NCBI GenBank assembly: GCA_008632985.1
Contig: QPGO01000167.1
Location: 1 to 64,000, forward strand
DNA length: 64,000 nucleotides
Direction: 5' to 3'
Source of the DNA: Psammoneis japonica
Lineage: Eukaryota
In this document: positions 62,579 to 64,000 of the stretch, in pieces
Layout of the letters: the number at the start of each line of letters is the position of its first letter
How positions within the stretch are numbered: the stretch's first letter is position 1
Notes under the pieces: generated by a model
The model's input: the letters and a program-made list of their open reading frames with translations, nothing else
The model's database searches: none
Told to the model about the DNA's origin: nothing
Made by a program: the position numbers and the translations under genes

Positions 62579-64000
62579 TTAATACGCATGGTCCGACGAC
62601 GGCTCGGTATCAAATTCGGTCGAATGGTGATGTTCACTGGACTGTCGACTCATACGTCGTTCCGTACGCTCTTGACGTTGTCTCTTAAAGGCATTGATAT
62701 ATTCTGGATTCACATCATCGCCTTGCAGCGCCAATCCACCGTGATACGACGTGTCCAATCCCACCAATTCATCCAGCGAATCGGAACGAAAGGCACCTCG
62801 CCAATTCAAAAAGAAAAAGAACGGAAACATGACTGCCGTGACCCACGCTAAAATAAACAAGATTCCCACCAATTGGGCACCCAACAAGGTCGCATCACTG
62901 CTGCCACGACCCCACGAATAACACCATCCAACATGTTTGGACCGTCCATAGGCATCCTCGAGTCTCGAGGGTGACGCCAGAAAACCCACCGCAACCAATC
63001 CCCACAGCCCATTCACCATGTGCACGGGAATCGCATCAACGGCATCATCGAGCCGTACCTTGACGAGCGCCCACGATCCCACGATATACAAATTACCCGC
63101 CACAAACCCCACCAACACGGCCGCCCACGGTTCCAATACACCACAACCACCCGTAATGGCCACAAGACCGGAAAGCGCCCCATTCATGGCGTACTTGACA
63201 TCAAAAATGGGTTCACCCGTTTGACGTTCCAATACAATGAGATTGACAAAGAGGGCGGTCACGCCACCCATGCCACCCGACAGAGCTGTATTGACACCCG
63301 CCAACGATCCGACGGCACCCAATACCTCTCGATTGGGCATGGTCAAAGCGGAACCGACATTGAAGCCGTACCAACCGAACCAAAGCATAAATGTACCGAG
63401 AATCTGTATTTTTAAAAACAAGAGAGTAAAAGAAGAGAGGTATAAAACTGAATGTGAGTGATTGTTAGAAAATGGTTCCTCTTTGAATCTCATAACCAGT
63501 AGCACCACAACTCTAGAGTGCCACCATACATACAACAACAACATTATAATATACATACCTGCAAAGACACAGAATGCCCCTTGATTTCGTTGGGAACTTC
63601 CAAACGCCGTCCTTCATCGTCATGAAACCGTCCCTTGCGAGGTCCCAAAATAATGGTTGCCAAAATCGCGGTAATACCTCCCGTCATGTGTACCACACCG
63701 GAACCGGCAAAATCAATCACACCCGTCCCCCACAGTGGTTCGTAGGCACTGGGACTGAGAAAACCCTCGGTACTCCAAAAGGCCCGTACAATGACGGGAT
63801 AGACAAAGCCCGTCAACAAAATACTATAATACAAGTACGCTGTCATTTTGCATCGTTCCGCTAGAGTACCGGCTACAATCGTGACGGCCGCTGCCGAAAA
63901 GGCGTATTGAAACAACCAAAAGGCATAATCATCCACGTCCATGAGAAAAAAATTGGCATTGCCAATAAAGGTCTTGTCGGTTGATTCCAACGAAGTTCCA
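62579..64000 (-). CDS. AMT: Ammonium transporter, paralogue 3, 5' partial; intron 63404..63558
   Basis: Same motifs and intron position as the other two AMT genes. Confidence 0.93.

Overview
Eukaryotic genomic DNA, almost certainly from a diatom: short GT-AG introns, a diatom-type (CoDi-like) Ty1/copia element, three AMT paralogues and diatom-type DUF6824-like proteins. Ordinary gene islands contain an alpha-carbonic-anhydrase-like gene, a membrane protein with a 5x repeat ectodomain, an alpha/beta-hydrolase, RI-type LRR genes, an Mpv17/PMP22-ACT fusion, RRP12, a STAND-type ATPase and a NIDO/HYR protein. They alternate with about 25 kb of blocks (~1.6-4.15, 7.1-11.1, 16.75-20.35, 35.7-49.7 and 55.3-56.2 kb) in which TpA is almost absent and TpG/CpA is in excess. 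Four internal comparisons show directional TpA->TpG/CpA change alongside CpG->TpG/CpA: the two LTRs of a full-length copia element, a ~960-bp tandem duplication, a decayed copy of the RRP12 5' end, and decayed LRR paralogues. All 12 differing sites between the two LTRs are at pyrimidine-purine dinucleotides. This points to a domain-restricted, RIP-like hypermutation process with the opposite polarity to fungal RIP. It turns Tyr into Cys/His and erases TAA/TAG stops, which explains most of the spurious ORFs in the track. Several host genes carry single-base frameshifts that are probably assembly errors. All counts were made by eye, and block boundaries are approximate.
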